DNA of 34,269 bases from Octopus bimaculoides (GCF_001194135.2 NC_068982.1:85242740-85277008), one strand, 5' to 3'; numbered from the stretch's first letter, positions 1 through 11,450 are shown. A program made the numbers and translations. The notes: generated by a model from the letters alone, not told the origin.

Positions 1-249
1 CTACTTAAGATCTGACGATTAGCTATATTTTTGAATAGAATTTAATTTTCGATAATTTCAATTGATTTTAATCGATTTAAATTTCCTTTCTATTTGAAAA
101 TTAGTTATGAAACACGTGTAATCATTTTATTATATTTATCTTATGATATTTACTTTGCTTTATATTATACTCATTTATTGTGCTTTTAATTGTTAATTTT
201 TCTATATGTGATAGTGGATTTTCATCGATGAGTTCTTGAAACTTGGTTA

Positions 250-540
250 TTTTCCCTAAAACTATATATACAAATGTATATGAATGAGTGTGTATATATG
301 TATATGTAAGTACCTGTATGTGTGCATGTGTGTGACTGTAAATGTGTGTGCAACTGCACACATGTGCATGTGCATGTATATATGTGTATGCACACACATG
401 CATGTATGAATACCTCTACAGATGCACATGAGCATGCATGTGTATGTATAGGTGTGTGTATATGTCTGTATATATGTGTGTGTGTATGTATGTATACATA
501 TTCGCAAACATATGTATGTGAGTGCATGTGTACATATGCC
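250..540. repeat. Degenerate (TA/TG/CA)n compound microsatellite
   Basis: Alternating tatg/tgtg/caca/tgca units; explains the spurious H/T/Y/C/V/M ORFs. Confidence 0.9.
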
Positions 541-1297
541 ATTATACCTTCTTTCCTCCTCTCCTATTCCTGCCTATCGCTAACCTATTACATACGGCTA
601 TTTATAGTAATTTGATATCCTTGTATTCTTCCATCCACCTCAAATTTTACAACCAAAACTACTACTCACTTCGGTATCACCCACCCATAAATTTTCTCTA
701 CCCATCCCTGAATGTAGCTCTTTCATATCATCCCTACTCACATATCTCACACTCTTTTACTGCTTACCTTCTCATCTCTTCCTATCCTTCCATCATACCT
801 CTCCCATCCTCCCATCACATTATCTTGATTACTAACTAACACTCCCTTTCTTCACTTTTTTCCACTCTTTGTTTTTTCTCTCTCCTTTTTGTCTTTTTTC
901 TTTTTTGTCTCCTTCTTCCTCTCATTTTCTCTTCCTGTTTTAAATTTGACCTATCTCCTCTTTCTAATCATACACATCTCTCCTCCCCCCATCTATCCAC
1001 AAATACTACCAATACATTCTCAAATTTTCATTCAAACCACAAAATCCTTTTGAATGAGCAACACTGATTCCATGACCCCATATTCTGAAGTGACTAAACA
1101 TGAACTGCTATTGTAACTTACATACCATGTACAGGAAACTTTTTTACCAATTCTATACACCATTTTCCTCGAATAATGGAACTGCAACTACAATATCTTT
1201 ATATATCTTATTTCTACTGTCATTTTTTTATTTCCCTCCATATTCCCTATCTCCTCTTTTTCCACAATAATTCGAATGCAAATATTTTCTCACACCA
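541..1297 (+). mobile_element. Degenerate Penelope-like retroelement remnant (3' part)
   Basis: C/T-rich, G-poor strand; weak PLE-like peptide remnants (YSLRYHP, LSYHPYSHI); ends in a PLE-type hammerhead motif. Confidence 0.45.
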
Positions 1298-1343
1298 TCT
1301 CTGATGAAGGGATATCCATAATATCCCAGAAACAGCTGTAAGA
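1298..1343 (+). ncRNA. Minimal type I hammerhead ribozyme motif (PLE pLTR type)
   Basis: TCT-CTGATGA-A-GGGATAT-ccata-ATATCCC-A-GAAA-CAGCTGT-A-AGA: both core boxes, 7-bp stem II, palindromic ACAGCTGT stem III, GUA cleavage triplet, 3-bp stem I. Confidence 0.7.
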
Positions 1344-1454
1344 CTATTTCATTATAAATGTCCTGAAAACTCCCCAAAGCCTTGGATTTGTTATCTCATT
1401 CTGTCTAACATACACACACACACATACACACACACACGCACACACACATATGCC

Positions 1455-2062
1455 TATATGGGTACAGGACATCACAAACCATAAACAACATGAAATACGA
1501 AAACAAATGAGTTGAATATGCAAACAAGAGAAACAAATGGAAAACAGGACAAGTAACATAAAGAATGACACTTTACTCTCTCTCTTGTTGCTCACATGTG
1601 GCCATCGTCCATCTTTTTTTTCCTCGTGTGATCATCTTTCTTTCCCTTCAGGGCTGTCGTAAAGACTGCGTTATCCTATCTATCTCTTCTATCTTTTCTC
1701 TTGTCAAAGAAAATATTTCTCCAGCGATCGCTATTTTACCTTTGTTTGGTCTAACGATCCTCCATGTTTGTTTTCATTCAGTTTCCTTGTATGTTTCCAC
1801 TGACCTGTTTTTGTTATCAACTTTGACCCTCCATAAATCCCAAATTTTATTTGGACTTTTGTGGGAGCAACTGACTTTGAAGACTCATACAGTCATTCAA
1901 TGCTTGAAATGAAGAGTAGATGGACAGCTGACAACTGATGAAGGTTCTTTCTTTATGTTACTTGTCCTTTTTTCCATCTGTTTCTCTCATTGTTTGTGTA
2001 TTCAACTCATTTGTTTTCGTATTTCATGTTGTTTATGGTTTGTGACGTCCTGTACCCATATA
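1455..2062. repeat. Inverted repeat pair, arms 1455-1565 and 1949-2062, each next to a microsatellite
   Basis: tatatgggtacaggacatcacaaaccataaacaacatgaaatacg... is the reverse complement of ...cgtatttcatgttgtttatggtttgtgacgtcctgtacccatata. Confidence 0.9.
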
Positions 2063-2077
2063 TGCATATATATATGC

Positions 2078-2125
<48 letters not shown>

Positions 2126-4615
2126 NNNNNNNNNNNNNNNNNNNNNNNNNNNNNNNNNNNNNNNNNNNNNNNNNNNNNNNNNNNNNNNNNNNNNNNNNNN
2201 NNNNNNNNNNNNNNNNNNNNNNNNNNNNNNNNNNNNNNNNNNNNNNNNNNNNNNNNNNNNNNNNNNNNNNNNNNNNNNNNNNNNNNNNNNNNNNNNNNNN
2301 NNNNNNNNNNNNNNNNNNNNNNNNNNNNNNNNNNNNNNNNNNNNNNNNNNNNNNNNNNNNNNNNNNNNNNNNNNNNNNNNNNNNNNNNNNNNNNNNNNNN
2401 NNNNNNNNNNNNNNNNNNNNNNNNNNNNNNNNNNNNNNNNNNNNNNNNNNNNNNNNNNNNNNNNNNNNNNNNNNNNNNNNNNNNNNNNNNNNNNNNNNNN
2501 NNNNNNNNNNNNNNNNNNNNNNNNNNNNNNNNNNNNNNNNNNNNNNNNNNNNNNNNNNNNNNNNNNNNNNNNNNNNNNNNNNNNNNNNNNNNNNNNNNNN
2601 NNNNNNNNNNNNNNNNNNNNNNNNNNNNNNNNNNNNNNNNNNNNNNNNNNNNNNNNNNNNNNNNNNNNNNNNNNNNNNNNNNNNNNNNNNNNNNNNNNNN
2701 NNNNNNNNNNNNNNNNNNNNNNNNNNNNNNNNNNNNNNNNNNNNNNNNNNNNNNNNNNNNNNNNNNNNNNNNNNNNNNNNNNNNNNNNNNNNNNNNNNNN
2801 NNNNNNNNNNNNNNNNNNNNNNNNNNNNNNNNNNNNNNNNNNNNNNNNNNNNNNNNNNNNNNNNNNNNNNNNNNNNNNNNNNNNNNNNNNNNNNNNNNNN
2901 NNNNNNNNNNNNNNNNNNNNNNNNNNNNNNNNNNNNNNNNNNACATACCTTGATTATCTGCAGACTATAGTTTCAAAATCAATACTTCCAAAATAAAAGT
3001 ATCTATTTATCTTCAGTACAGATTGCCGATATTCTTACAACCGAACAGAATCTCGTGCTAGTTGTCTTCAACCAGTGAAAACGTGCACGTGATTCTATCC
3101 ATTATAAAGATTAAAATTCAAAAGTCTTAGTTTTTGCTCCGCTGAACCCGTATTTGAGAATTTTTTAAGTGAGCTTCTTCTAGCATATTGACAGACTGGT
3201 CACTGGTCAATCTTATATATATATATATATACACAATCAGTATATGACTTAACTTATTAAATACAGTTCAACAAATTCATATTTATGTAATGGAGGAGAT
3301 TAGATGTTAAAATGGATTATAGTTTTTATTTTTCATGTTGCTATACAATTTGTTTCATACAAAAAGACTCAGATATTCATAAATAGAAAATCGTAATAGT
3401 CATATTTGTACTCAAGTGTAGCTGATATAAAAACTAAAAAAGAAGTTAGAAGTAAATAGATTTTCTCTTAGTTATCATTTTAGGTTCATTGTATTCGTTC
3501 TTGCAGTCATATCTATTTGAATCAAGACTCAAAAAATATATATTAAGTGGGTGCTAATATATGTAATATTAAAAACTGACATTCTCTCTATGAAATCCAG
3601 TATGTGTGTTTATTTAAAACTCCTGAAATGAATTTTATTACTGGTCAAGCTGTATTTGTATGTACGTTGAGAAATACCAAATAAGGGGGTATATGAATTT
3701 TCAAATACAAATTTAGTTTTTACTTAACCACCAATTATCCTTTTGACTTAAGATACTTTTAGAAAAAAAAAGTGGTTAATAACAGTATTAAAGAATAATT
3801 TCAGATTTATAAAATTTATAATTTAAATATTTATTGTAAATAATAAGTCTAATATTCATAGACAAAAAGAAGTGTTATATGTTGTAATTAATTATCTAGT
3901 CAAAGTAATAAGGTCTAAATAAAGGGGATTGCTTATGTTATAAACTTATATAATCAGATATAGAGCCATTAGTATATAAGAAAGGTTTCTTTTGATAGTG
4001 TATGTTGAAATAGTTGTTTATATTATCGGTGAGTATGTTTTCATAGGAAGGAAAAATGAACAAAAAAAAAGCTGGAGAAATTTGTTGTAATGTAGGGGAG
4101 ACAATAATGAATGTACTTGGATATTTTACAGGTATAATACAGGCGTACATAGATTTACATATATAAACGTAAACGGACTAACAATATATGCTTTGAAACC
4201 AACTTGCACATGCAAGTGCTACCAGTCGAGAACTCTGCATACTGGAAGCCTGCAAGTGTATGGGGTCACCAGGAGAAAATGTGAGCTATTTCGAGGCCTA
4301 ACTCTCAATGGCATCAATGTGCACTGCCCCCCACCCCCACACGCACACCTCAGTGATGTGAGGCCTTGTTTGCTAGATCAACTGGTTATCGATTAAATAT
4401 TCTTCTAGCCATCGCTCATCATCTCTTTTTAACCAAATCCAGTGGCTAGCCTTTTCCACTGTAGTTTGGATATTGGTCATGGTGGTATTTACTTTACAAT
4501 GAGTTAGGCCTAACAATAACAACAGTTGTCTCACACTGTGTCCAACAAACCCTTATAATGGGACTAGAAGGTTCCTGATACCTGTGGAGTATCTCCTCCC
4601 ATTACAATTATTTTT

Positions 4616-5049
4616 TGTAGTCTTAGGATTCTGGAACTCGAAGAAGAAGAAGAAGAGGCTTACAAGCGGATGCAATTCAATGGTTGTTTATTTGGTTCTC
4701 ATTTCATGGGGTTTGCTCCCGGTGACCATCTGAATGTCAGTGCGTAGTTCGTTAGCTCCATTCGTGAGAGGTACATTACCTCTGAAAATAACGGGTAAAG
4801 TTAGAGCAGGTTAAGAATCCGCTGTGAGCTGCCAGGTTGCAGTGTTGTTCAACGTGAGCACCAATGCAAAAGAAGAGAACAAGTTGCTCAATACACCTCC
4901 TTAAATAGATGTTGCCCACGAGAACCTCGCTGTGGTCTCACGCATGGCAAACATGATTGTAGGCAAGATCTCAATTTTGTCACGCACCTGGCAATCGCCA
5001 CCGGCAAGATCTCGTACAAAATGGCGATGGCTTCTTGTGTCACACTACA
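4616..5049 (-). mobile_element. 3' LTR of Gypsy element 1 (434 bp)
   Basis: 6-bp terminal inverted repeat TGTAGT...ACTACA; polypurine tract GGGGGAGGGGAGCCCC (5050-5065, minus) directly upstream; TATA-like TATTTAA and AATAAA on the minus strand. Confidence 0.8.
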
Positions 5050-5310
5050 GGGGCTCCCCTCCCCCGAGAACGCCAGTGTAAAAATTAGAATGACTGGAGC
5101 ATGCACAAGAAAGCAAAGATGGCCACCAATCACAAACAACATTTGGTACAAAATATAATACAAAATGTGAAATTGAGAAAAAAATAATCACAAGCAATAC
5201 AAAAAGAGCATGCACAAAATATTATTTTACAGAGTTCAATGACAAGGCATTGGTATTGTTCAGTATACAAGAAAACAATTGTCTGTCACAGGAAGAAAAA
5301 GAAAAAAAGG

Positions 5311-6729
5311 CTAGATGTAAATAGTTCTAGTGAGTGTTTTGGGCCAATGCACAGTGCGGCCTGTCCTGGTGACACAGGGTTTGTTTGTGTTAGGTAGTGG
5401 CGACGAAGGTGTAGGTGATGGTGTGGTCAAGAGTGCATGTGCAGGTGGATGTGTAGGTGGTTGTAAAGGATCAAAGGTGGGCGTGTTTGGGGTGTCATCG
5501 AAGGGTGTGGACACCTCAAAATGTGCCCTTTTAAGTCTGTTGACCGACATGGTCTCTGCATGACCATTGATATCGAGACTAAAAGTTTTGGGTGTGCGTG
5601 AAAGCACACGAAATGGTCCCCTATAAGGAGAAATGAGAGGCCCTTTGACAGAATCATCCTAAAAAAACGTGAGTCCATTTGTCAAAGTCTGATGGGACGT
5701 GAGAGGGAATAGACTGGTCACGCAGATGCATGGGTGGAAGACTTGAGAAATACGAGCGAAGTCTGGTGACGCGATGAATTGTCTGTGCCAACATTGTGCC
5801 AGGTTGGTACCGTAAAGGAGTTCAGCAGAGGAGAAACCTAAGTCTGTTTTAACAGTAGTGCAACATCCAAGAAGAACAATAGGCAGGAATTCTCTCCAAG
5901 AATGTGGATCAGGAGTGGTGCGTAGAGCAACCTTCAGTTGCCTGGGAAAACATTCAACCATCCGGTTGGAAGCTGGATGGTAGCTGGTCGTACGAATGTG
6001 ATGAACGCCTAGGATTTACGACAATTCACAAAATGAGGAAGATTCAAACTGGTGTCCATGATCAGTGGTTATTTCAGCTGGGACACCAAAGCGAGCAATC
6101 CAGTTAGAAACGAAAGCTCAAGCAACAGACTCAGCAGAAATGTCCACTATTGGAATGGCTTCAGGCCAATGAGCGAAACGATTGACACATGTCAACATGT
6201 AAGAAACCCCGCGACTGACAGCCTATGGTCCAACTAGATCAATGTGGACATGGCGAAAGTGAGTCTCCGGTGAAGAAAACTGTCCAAGAGAAGCGCAAAT
6301 GTGCCTATGGACAAGAGCATGCCCAAGCAGTGATCATACAGTGCATATTAGGCCAGAAAAACCGAGCTGTAATTAGCTTCACTGAGACAGAGATATCAGG
6401 ATGTGACAGTGAATGCAAGGCATCGAAAACAGAACACTGGTGGGTCGCAGGTACAAACGGTCTGGGAGAACCAGGAGCTGTTACACAAAGGATTGTGCCT
6501 TCAGCAGAAGGAAGTGGAAGATAGGCAAACTTGCAACAGGAGAATTTGGTAGAAGTTAGATCCAATGTGTCCAGAGCTGGCTGATCCAGCGCAATGGCAG
6601 TTAAATCAATTGCAGCAGGAGATGAAAGAGAACACATAGGGAGGTGAGAAGGTGCATCAGCAGGCACGTTCTCTGTTCCAGGTATATGCCGAATGTCACT
6701 CGTGAACTGGGAAATGTAGTCCAGATGAT
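5311..6729 (-). pseudogene. Gypsy element 1 pol remnant (end of RNase H, zinc-binding region, integrase), frameshifted and 5'-truncated
   Basis: HLDYISQFTSDIRHIPGTENVPADA; RPFVP...HSLSHP...RFFWP; VECFPRQLKVAL...W...LPIVLLG...SSAELLYG; DRLKRAH; TRTGRTVHWP. Confidence 0.9.
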
Positions 6730-6730
6730 T

Positions 6731-7042
6731 CTAACCCTAAAACCCAAACCCTAACCCTAACTCTAAAACCTTAACCTTAATCCTAAAACCCTAACCCTAA
6801 CCTAACCTTGTTGACAAACCACAGCAGTAATTGTTTTCACCTCAATAGATGTCATTGATTGGTTGAAATTACCGAAATACGACAACTTTAACATGAAATA
6901 ACTTCGAAAATGAAGAATTTTCTTAAAAACGCCAAGAGTAAATGATGTTTTAAATGATACATTCTACCAGTATATGAAATTTGAAAGTGTTTAGTTACAA
7001 AAAATTATTTTTTCTATGTGCCGGCGAAAAGGAAAAGATCCG
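6731..7042 (-). mobile_element. Non-autonomous repeat carrying degenerate (CCCTAA)n telomere-like units at 6731-6807; class uncertain
   Basis: ctaaccctaaaacccaaaccctaaccctaa... abuts the Gypsy break; other end reads GGATCTTTTCCTTTTCGCCGGC on minus next to a TA microsatellite. Confidence 0.45.
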
Positions 7043-7826
7043 CATATATATGTAAGTATGTATGTATATGCATGTATACATGCATATATATATATTATTT
7101 ATATTATTATATGATTGAGCACGCACCATGCATCCATTTCCAAGTAAGTTTTATCTATATATGTANNNNNNNNNNNNNNNNNNNNNNNNNNNNNNNNNNN
7201 NNNNNNNNNNNNNNNNNNNNNNNNNNNNNNNNNNNNNNNNNNNNNNNNNNNNNNNNNNNNNNNNNNNNNNNNNNNNNNNNNNNNNNNNNNNNNNNNNNNN
7301 NNNNNNNNNNNNNNNNNNNNNNNNNNNNNNNNNNNNNNNNNNNNNNNNNNNNNNNNNNNNNNNNNNNNNNNNNNNNNNNNNNNNNNNNNNNNNNNNNNNN
7401 NNNNNNNNNNNNNNNNNNNNNNNNNNNNNNNNNNNNNNNNNNAAAATAAAGTGAAAAAACTATGGAAGACTTGTGTTATATGGTTAAAGAATATATTTAA
7501 ATAATTATGTTCGAAAATGTTATCAAATTTTGTGTATAGTAACATTGTTCTTGGAGAAATAACCAGTTTCGTATTTTCTTTCCAAATTTCTCAAATTTCT
7601 TTACCGATATTGTGTCATCTCTTTGCTATGATGTGAAGTATTAGACTTCCAGACAGGGGAAAGTAATCAGGGTTTTTTTGGTATAGGGGAGATAATCAAA
7701 AATGTTGGGAATGACTAGGTTTTATTAATTTAACATGATTTGGTTTAGAAAGAATAGAATGTTAGAAGTGGTTAGGTTTTGCTTTATATTTTTTTCCAAT
7801 GACGTAAGTTTCCTTATTTAAAAATG

Positions 7827-8110
7827 TTAGAAATTGTAAAGTTTTGGCTTATATTTTTCGTTGAAGTAGGTTTCCTTATTTAATCTAACATGTGTTGGTG
7901 TTCCGATGGCACATTGATAAAATGGAAAGATTACAAATTGTGATAGCAGTTGCTTTGCACATTTCTCAATGTGTTCACTAAAAGGTATCATTCTGTATTC
8001 TGAGAATGCAATCTGCTGTTGGTGCAGAGTGCATCTGCGTCTGAGTAACAATCCTGTGAACCCTTTATAATTTTGGTGGCAGCCCAAGCTTCTTATAACA
8101 TAAATCAGAA
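7827..8110 (-). pseudogene. Penelope-like retroelement GIY-YIG endonuclease C-terminal remnant
   Basis: LIYVIRSLGCHQNYKGFTGLLLRRRCTLHQQQI...YRMIPFSEHIEKC...FVIFPFYQ...RLNKETYFNEKYKPKL fits PLE GIY-YIG endonucleases. Confidence 0.8.
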
Positions 8111-8289
8111 ACAAAAATATACTACATACAGAAATGTTACACACATCACTAACCAAAACACCTGTAGACACCCACCCACACATAACAATCTGAGGCAACA
8201 ATACCACCATTTCCCTGGACCAATCACATACAACCTCACAAACAGCACATACAAACAAAACTGCAACCAACATTTTTTAGCCTCAGACC

Positions 8290-8492
8290 AGAGACAACAG
8301 AAATAGGAAGAAAGAGTGAGAGAAAGTTGTGGTGAAAGAATACAGCAGGGTTTGCCACCACCCCCTGCTGGAGCCTCGTGGAGCCTTAGGTGTTTTTGTT
8401 CAATAAACACTCACAATGTCCAGTCTGGGAATCGAAACTGCAATCCTACAACTGCGAGTCCACTGCCCTAACCACGGGGACATTGCACCTCT
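8290..8492 (-). mobile_element. tRNA-derived SINE
   Basis: Minus strand GCAATGTCCCCGTGGTTAGGGCAGTGG (A-box region) and GTTTCGATTCCC (B-box), followed by SINE body. Confidence 0.8.
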
Positions 8493-8493
8493 G

Positions 8494-8640
8494 CTATATG
8501 TATACATATATAAATATGTGTGTGTATATATGTGTATACATATATATATGTATATATATATATCTATATATGTATATATGTGTATATATATGCATATATA
8601 TATATATATATGCATGTATATGTGTGTATGTGTGTATATA

Positions 8641-8708
<68 letters not shown>

Positions 8709-8712
8709 TGCA
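8494..8712. repeat. (TA)n/(TATG)n microsatellite
   Basis: Direct inspection. Confidence 0.95.
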
Positions 8713-8816
8713 TATTAGAAGGTTTGGAGGTGATGTACAGATATTATATATTAGAAAGAATAAAGTATTCAGAGATCTGGATGGTTGTACATATACAAAT
8801 ATTTATTAACATGTCA

Positions 8817-9672
8817 CATGCTTTTACAAACCACATAAAGTGCTTTCATCTACTCTAACAGATTCTTCAGATTTAAATTTTATGAAGGGATTTGTCTCTT
8901 TTTATACAGTATTAGTGAATGGGTTGGGGTGGAGAGAGAGAGTGGGGAAAAAGAATAATGTGGAGTGTATAGGGTAGGAAAAGTGGGAGATAGTGGAGGG
9001 AAAAAGTGAGAGAGAGTGTGTGTTTGTGTGTGTGTGTGTGTGTGTGTTTGTCTGTGTATCTGAAAGGAAGCATTTTGAACAAGAGACAAAGAGAAAAGGA
9101 AAAGAATATATATTTTTAAGTAGGTGGCTAGAACAGATGCTTACTTTGGTTCAAAGTGAAAAAATGTTTTTTCTTAATGTCAATGGAAAAGAGAAGGAAA
9201 GAAAGGAAGAAGAAAAAAATGTGTTTATACCTATACAGTGGGTCAGTTCTTTCAATAGAAGATGACAAGTTGATTCTTGGTCTGTTAAGAAAAAACACAT
9301 TTTTTCACTTTGAAAACATTTTTCTTTCAGACTTCCTGGTGAGCTGGCTGAACCAAAGTAAGCATCTGTTCTAGCCACCGGCTAGAAAATATATGTTCTT
9401 TTCCTTTTCTCTTTGTCTCTTGTTCAAAACGCTTCCTTTCAGATAGACAAACACACACACGCACGCACACTCTCACTTTCTCCTTCCACTATCCTCCCAT
9501 TCCTCTCCCTCTTTTCCTACCCTATGCACTCCACATTACTCTTTCCCCCCTCTCTCTCCACCCAACCCATTCACTAATACTATAAAAAGAGACAAATCCC
9601 TTCACAAAATTTAAATCTGAAGAATCTATTAGAATAGATGAAAGCACTTATATGTGATTTATAAAAAACATG
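8817..9672. mobile_element. Foldback/MITE-like element with about 360-bp inverted arms (8817-9177, 9285-9672) and a 107-bp spacer
   Basis: gtgctttcatctactctaacagattcttcagatttaaatttt pairs with aaaatttaaatctgaagaatctattagaatagatgaaagcac; tggctagaacagatgcttactttggttca pairs with tgaaccaaagtaagcatctgttctagcca. Confidence 0.85.
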
Positions 9673-11364
9673 ATCACGGAGAAATCGTACTTTATCTCCT
9701 GTCATTCGTATATTCATTTAATAGAATTGTACCTTTGTTTACGAAAGCCTCTGATCACGAATAAATCGTGGTTGTTATATATCTTTATCTATCTAGCTGT
9801 GTGTGTGTGTAAAGTACGATTTATTCGCTTTTAGAATCGTTCGAAAATCTAGGTACAACTGTATACACACACACACATACGAGAGTCAGTAGTTTTGTAG
9901 TTAAGGGGAAAGTACTCAAATATGTAATTTTCTTCGTGTAAAAGTACTTTCTTCTACAAGAACTTATTAGCATAGCTTACGAAGTATTTTAACCAGCATT
10001 TTATATTAACATTTACGGTATTTTTGCTGGCTTTTACCAAGTGACATTTGCTTATTTTGAACATTTTCTGTTTCCCTAGTTGGTGACAAGAATAATTAGT
10101 TTCCGTAAATGACGCACGCAGTCTCTATGTGGTTAGTTTAACTGTCAATGAAGTTTGTTGTTCAGGCGGAAATAACCAGTTGGCAATAAAACGTAGAAAA
10201 ATAAGTTACTTCTTTGCTCAGTGATGTTTTCTAGGCCGACATTATGTACTAATTTAATCCTCATTGTGTATGAAATTTGTTCTGGTGACGGTAAACTATT
10301 GTAGTTATATACCGCATGACTACAAAATAACATTTTCCAAATTCAAACATTATTCTGTGAAGTCTTTCATCGTTTAATTTGCAAACTTTCTTAATGGTCT
10401 TCTGGTAAGTAAAGCACTTTTGATTTCGAATTCATTACATATCCCACTGTGATCGATTTTTCCTTACGTTTTTCTTTTTTTTTCGAGAACGATAAAAAAT
10501 ACGTACAGTAAGTACAAGTGTCGATTCAAAACACTGATTACATTCTCACAAAAGAGTTGTGGCCATGTATCTTAATATATAAAACAAAAAAATTTTACCA
10601 TTAGCAAATGCTCTTATTTTTCCATTATGCAAAAACTTCATGCCTATCTAAAAACAAAAAATAAGATTGCTCTTTTTCTCTCTCCTTTGCATTGTACGCT
10701 TTACAGCAGGTGCCCACAACCTACGAGTTGTATGCGTATCCTTGACAATATATTGATTTTATTCTCAGTACAAGGCAACAGCATTTGCGCAGATGATAGT
10801 ATTAAACTAATACTTTGCCCGCCTTGCCAGTATTATTAAGACCCTCGAAGAGTAAAACAAAAGTTGATTGAAAGAAAAAGCATAAAAGGCTGTACTAAAT
10901 TACCACAGGGCATTTAGTCCGGCTTTACTGTTTTTGTCTCTAACCTTCCTCAAAAATACAACTATAATATGGGGTCAAAGAGTCGAGCATAACTTCTAAA
11001 AGAGAAATAAAACTATTTTTTATATTACAAAATGTTTTGTTTTTGTTTTTATTTTCAAAACTATCTGGCAAGGTTTCAAGAACTCTAATCTTCAAAAAAA
11101 TTACATTGCTGATCCAAGATCTCAAACTTTAAAGAACGGAGAAAATACGGCGTTGGCCTTTCTCAGAAGTACTTGTAATTGATAGAATCATAACAATTCT
11201 AGGGTTAACGAATAGAATCCGATCGTTAACTCTTTTATGTAATTTACACCTTTTGGAACAGTACTATACCATGTGTATTCTATAAATTTGAATCTTGTAC
11301 TTATGCAAGAAATTGACCTCTCATCGTCTGAAATAAACTTAAAACAAAATTTAAACGAAAACTA

Positions 11365-11450
11365 ATACGTCCGATTCATTTGCGCATGCACAAACGCGCG
11401 AAAACGTCTTTCCGATTGCGTTTTTAAAATACGTTCCAATCATGGCCATC
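11365..11450. promoter_or_regulatory. Candidate promoter: CpG-enriched island with NRF1-like, E2F-like and CCAAT motifs
   Basis: TGCGCATGCA 11381-11390; CGCGCGAAAA 11395-11404 (reverse TTTTCGCGCG); CCAAT 11436-11440; set in repeat-free DNA. Confidence 0.5.

Noticed and set aside
224-252. CGATGAGTTCTTGAAACTTGG resembling a hammerhead core
   Set aside because: First box is not CUGAUGA and there is no stem II or stem I
122-615. Overlapping ORFs rich in H/T/Y/I/C/V/M (also at 8390-8858, 13333-14077, 20679-20978, 31813-32300)
   Set aside because: Translations of TA/CA/TG microsatellites, not genes
1955-2970. Long ORFs of 200-330 aa containing X runs (also 7018-7545, 13333-14077, 16680-17040, 17561-18478)
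   Set aside because: Artefacts of N-gaps lacking stop codons
4193-4610. Repeat-looking segment with a 67-aa ORF
   Set aside because: Probably an interspersed repeat, but I could not assign a family or any protein motif
4721-4740. TGGTCACC on minus and TGTCAG as a possible primer-binding site and LTR end
   Set aside because: The LTR extends to a better 6-bp inverted terminus at 4616, so these are internal to the LTR
7450-7757. Searched for a hammerhead downstream of the PLE endonuclease on the minus strand
   Set aside because: A GAAAC is present but no matching CUGANGA box or stems
8420-8492. tRNA-like sequences here and at 31842-31915
   Set aside because: SINE heads with A and B boxes continuing into SINE bodies; no complete cloverleaf
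10570-10590. A|TCTTAATATATAAAA as a Helitron 5' end (similar motif on minus near 3210-3230)
   Set aside because: No hairpin plus CTRR 3' end found, and the motif is low complexity
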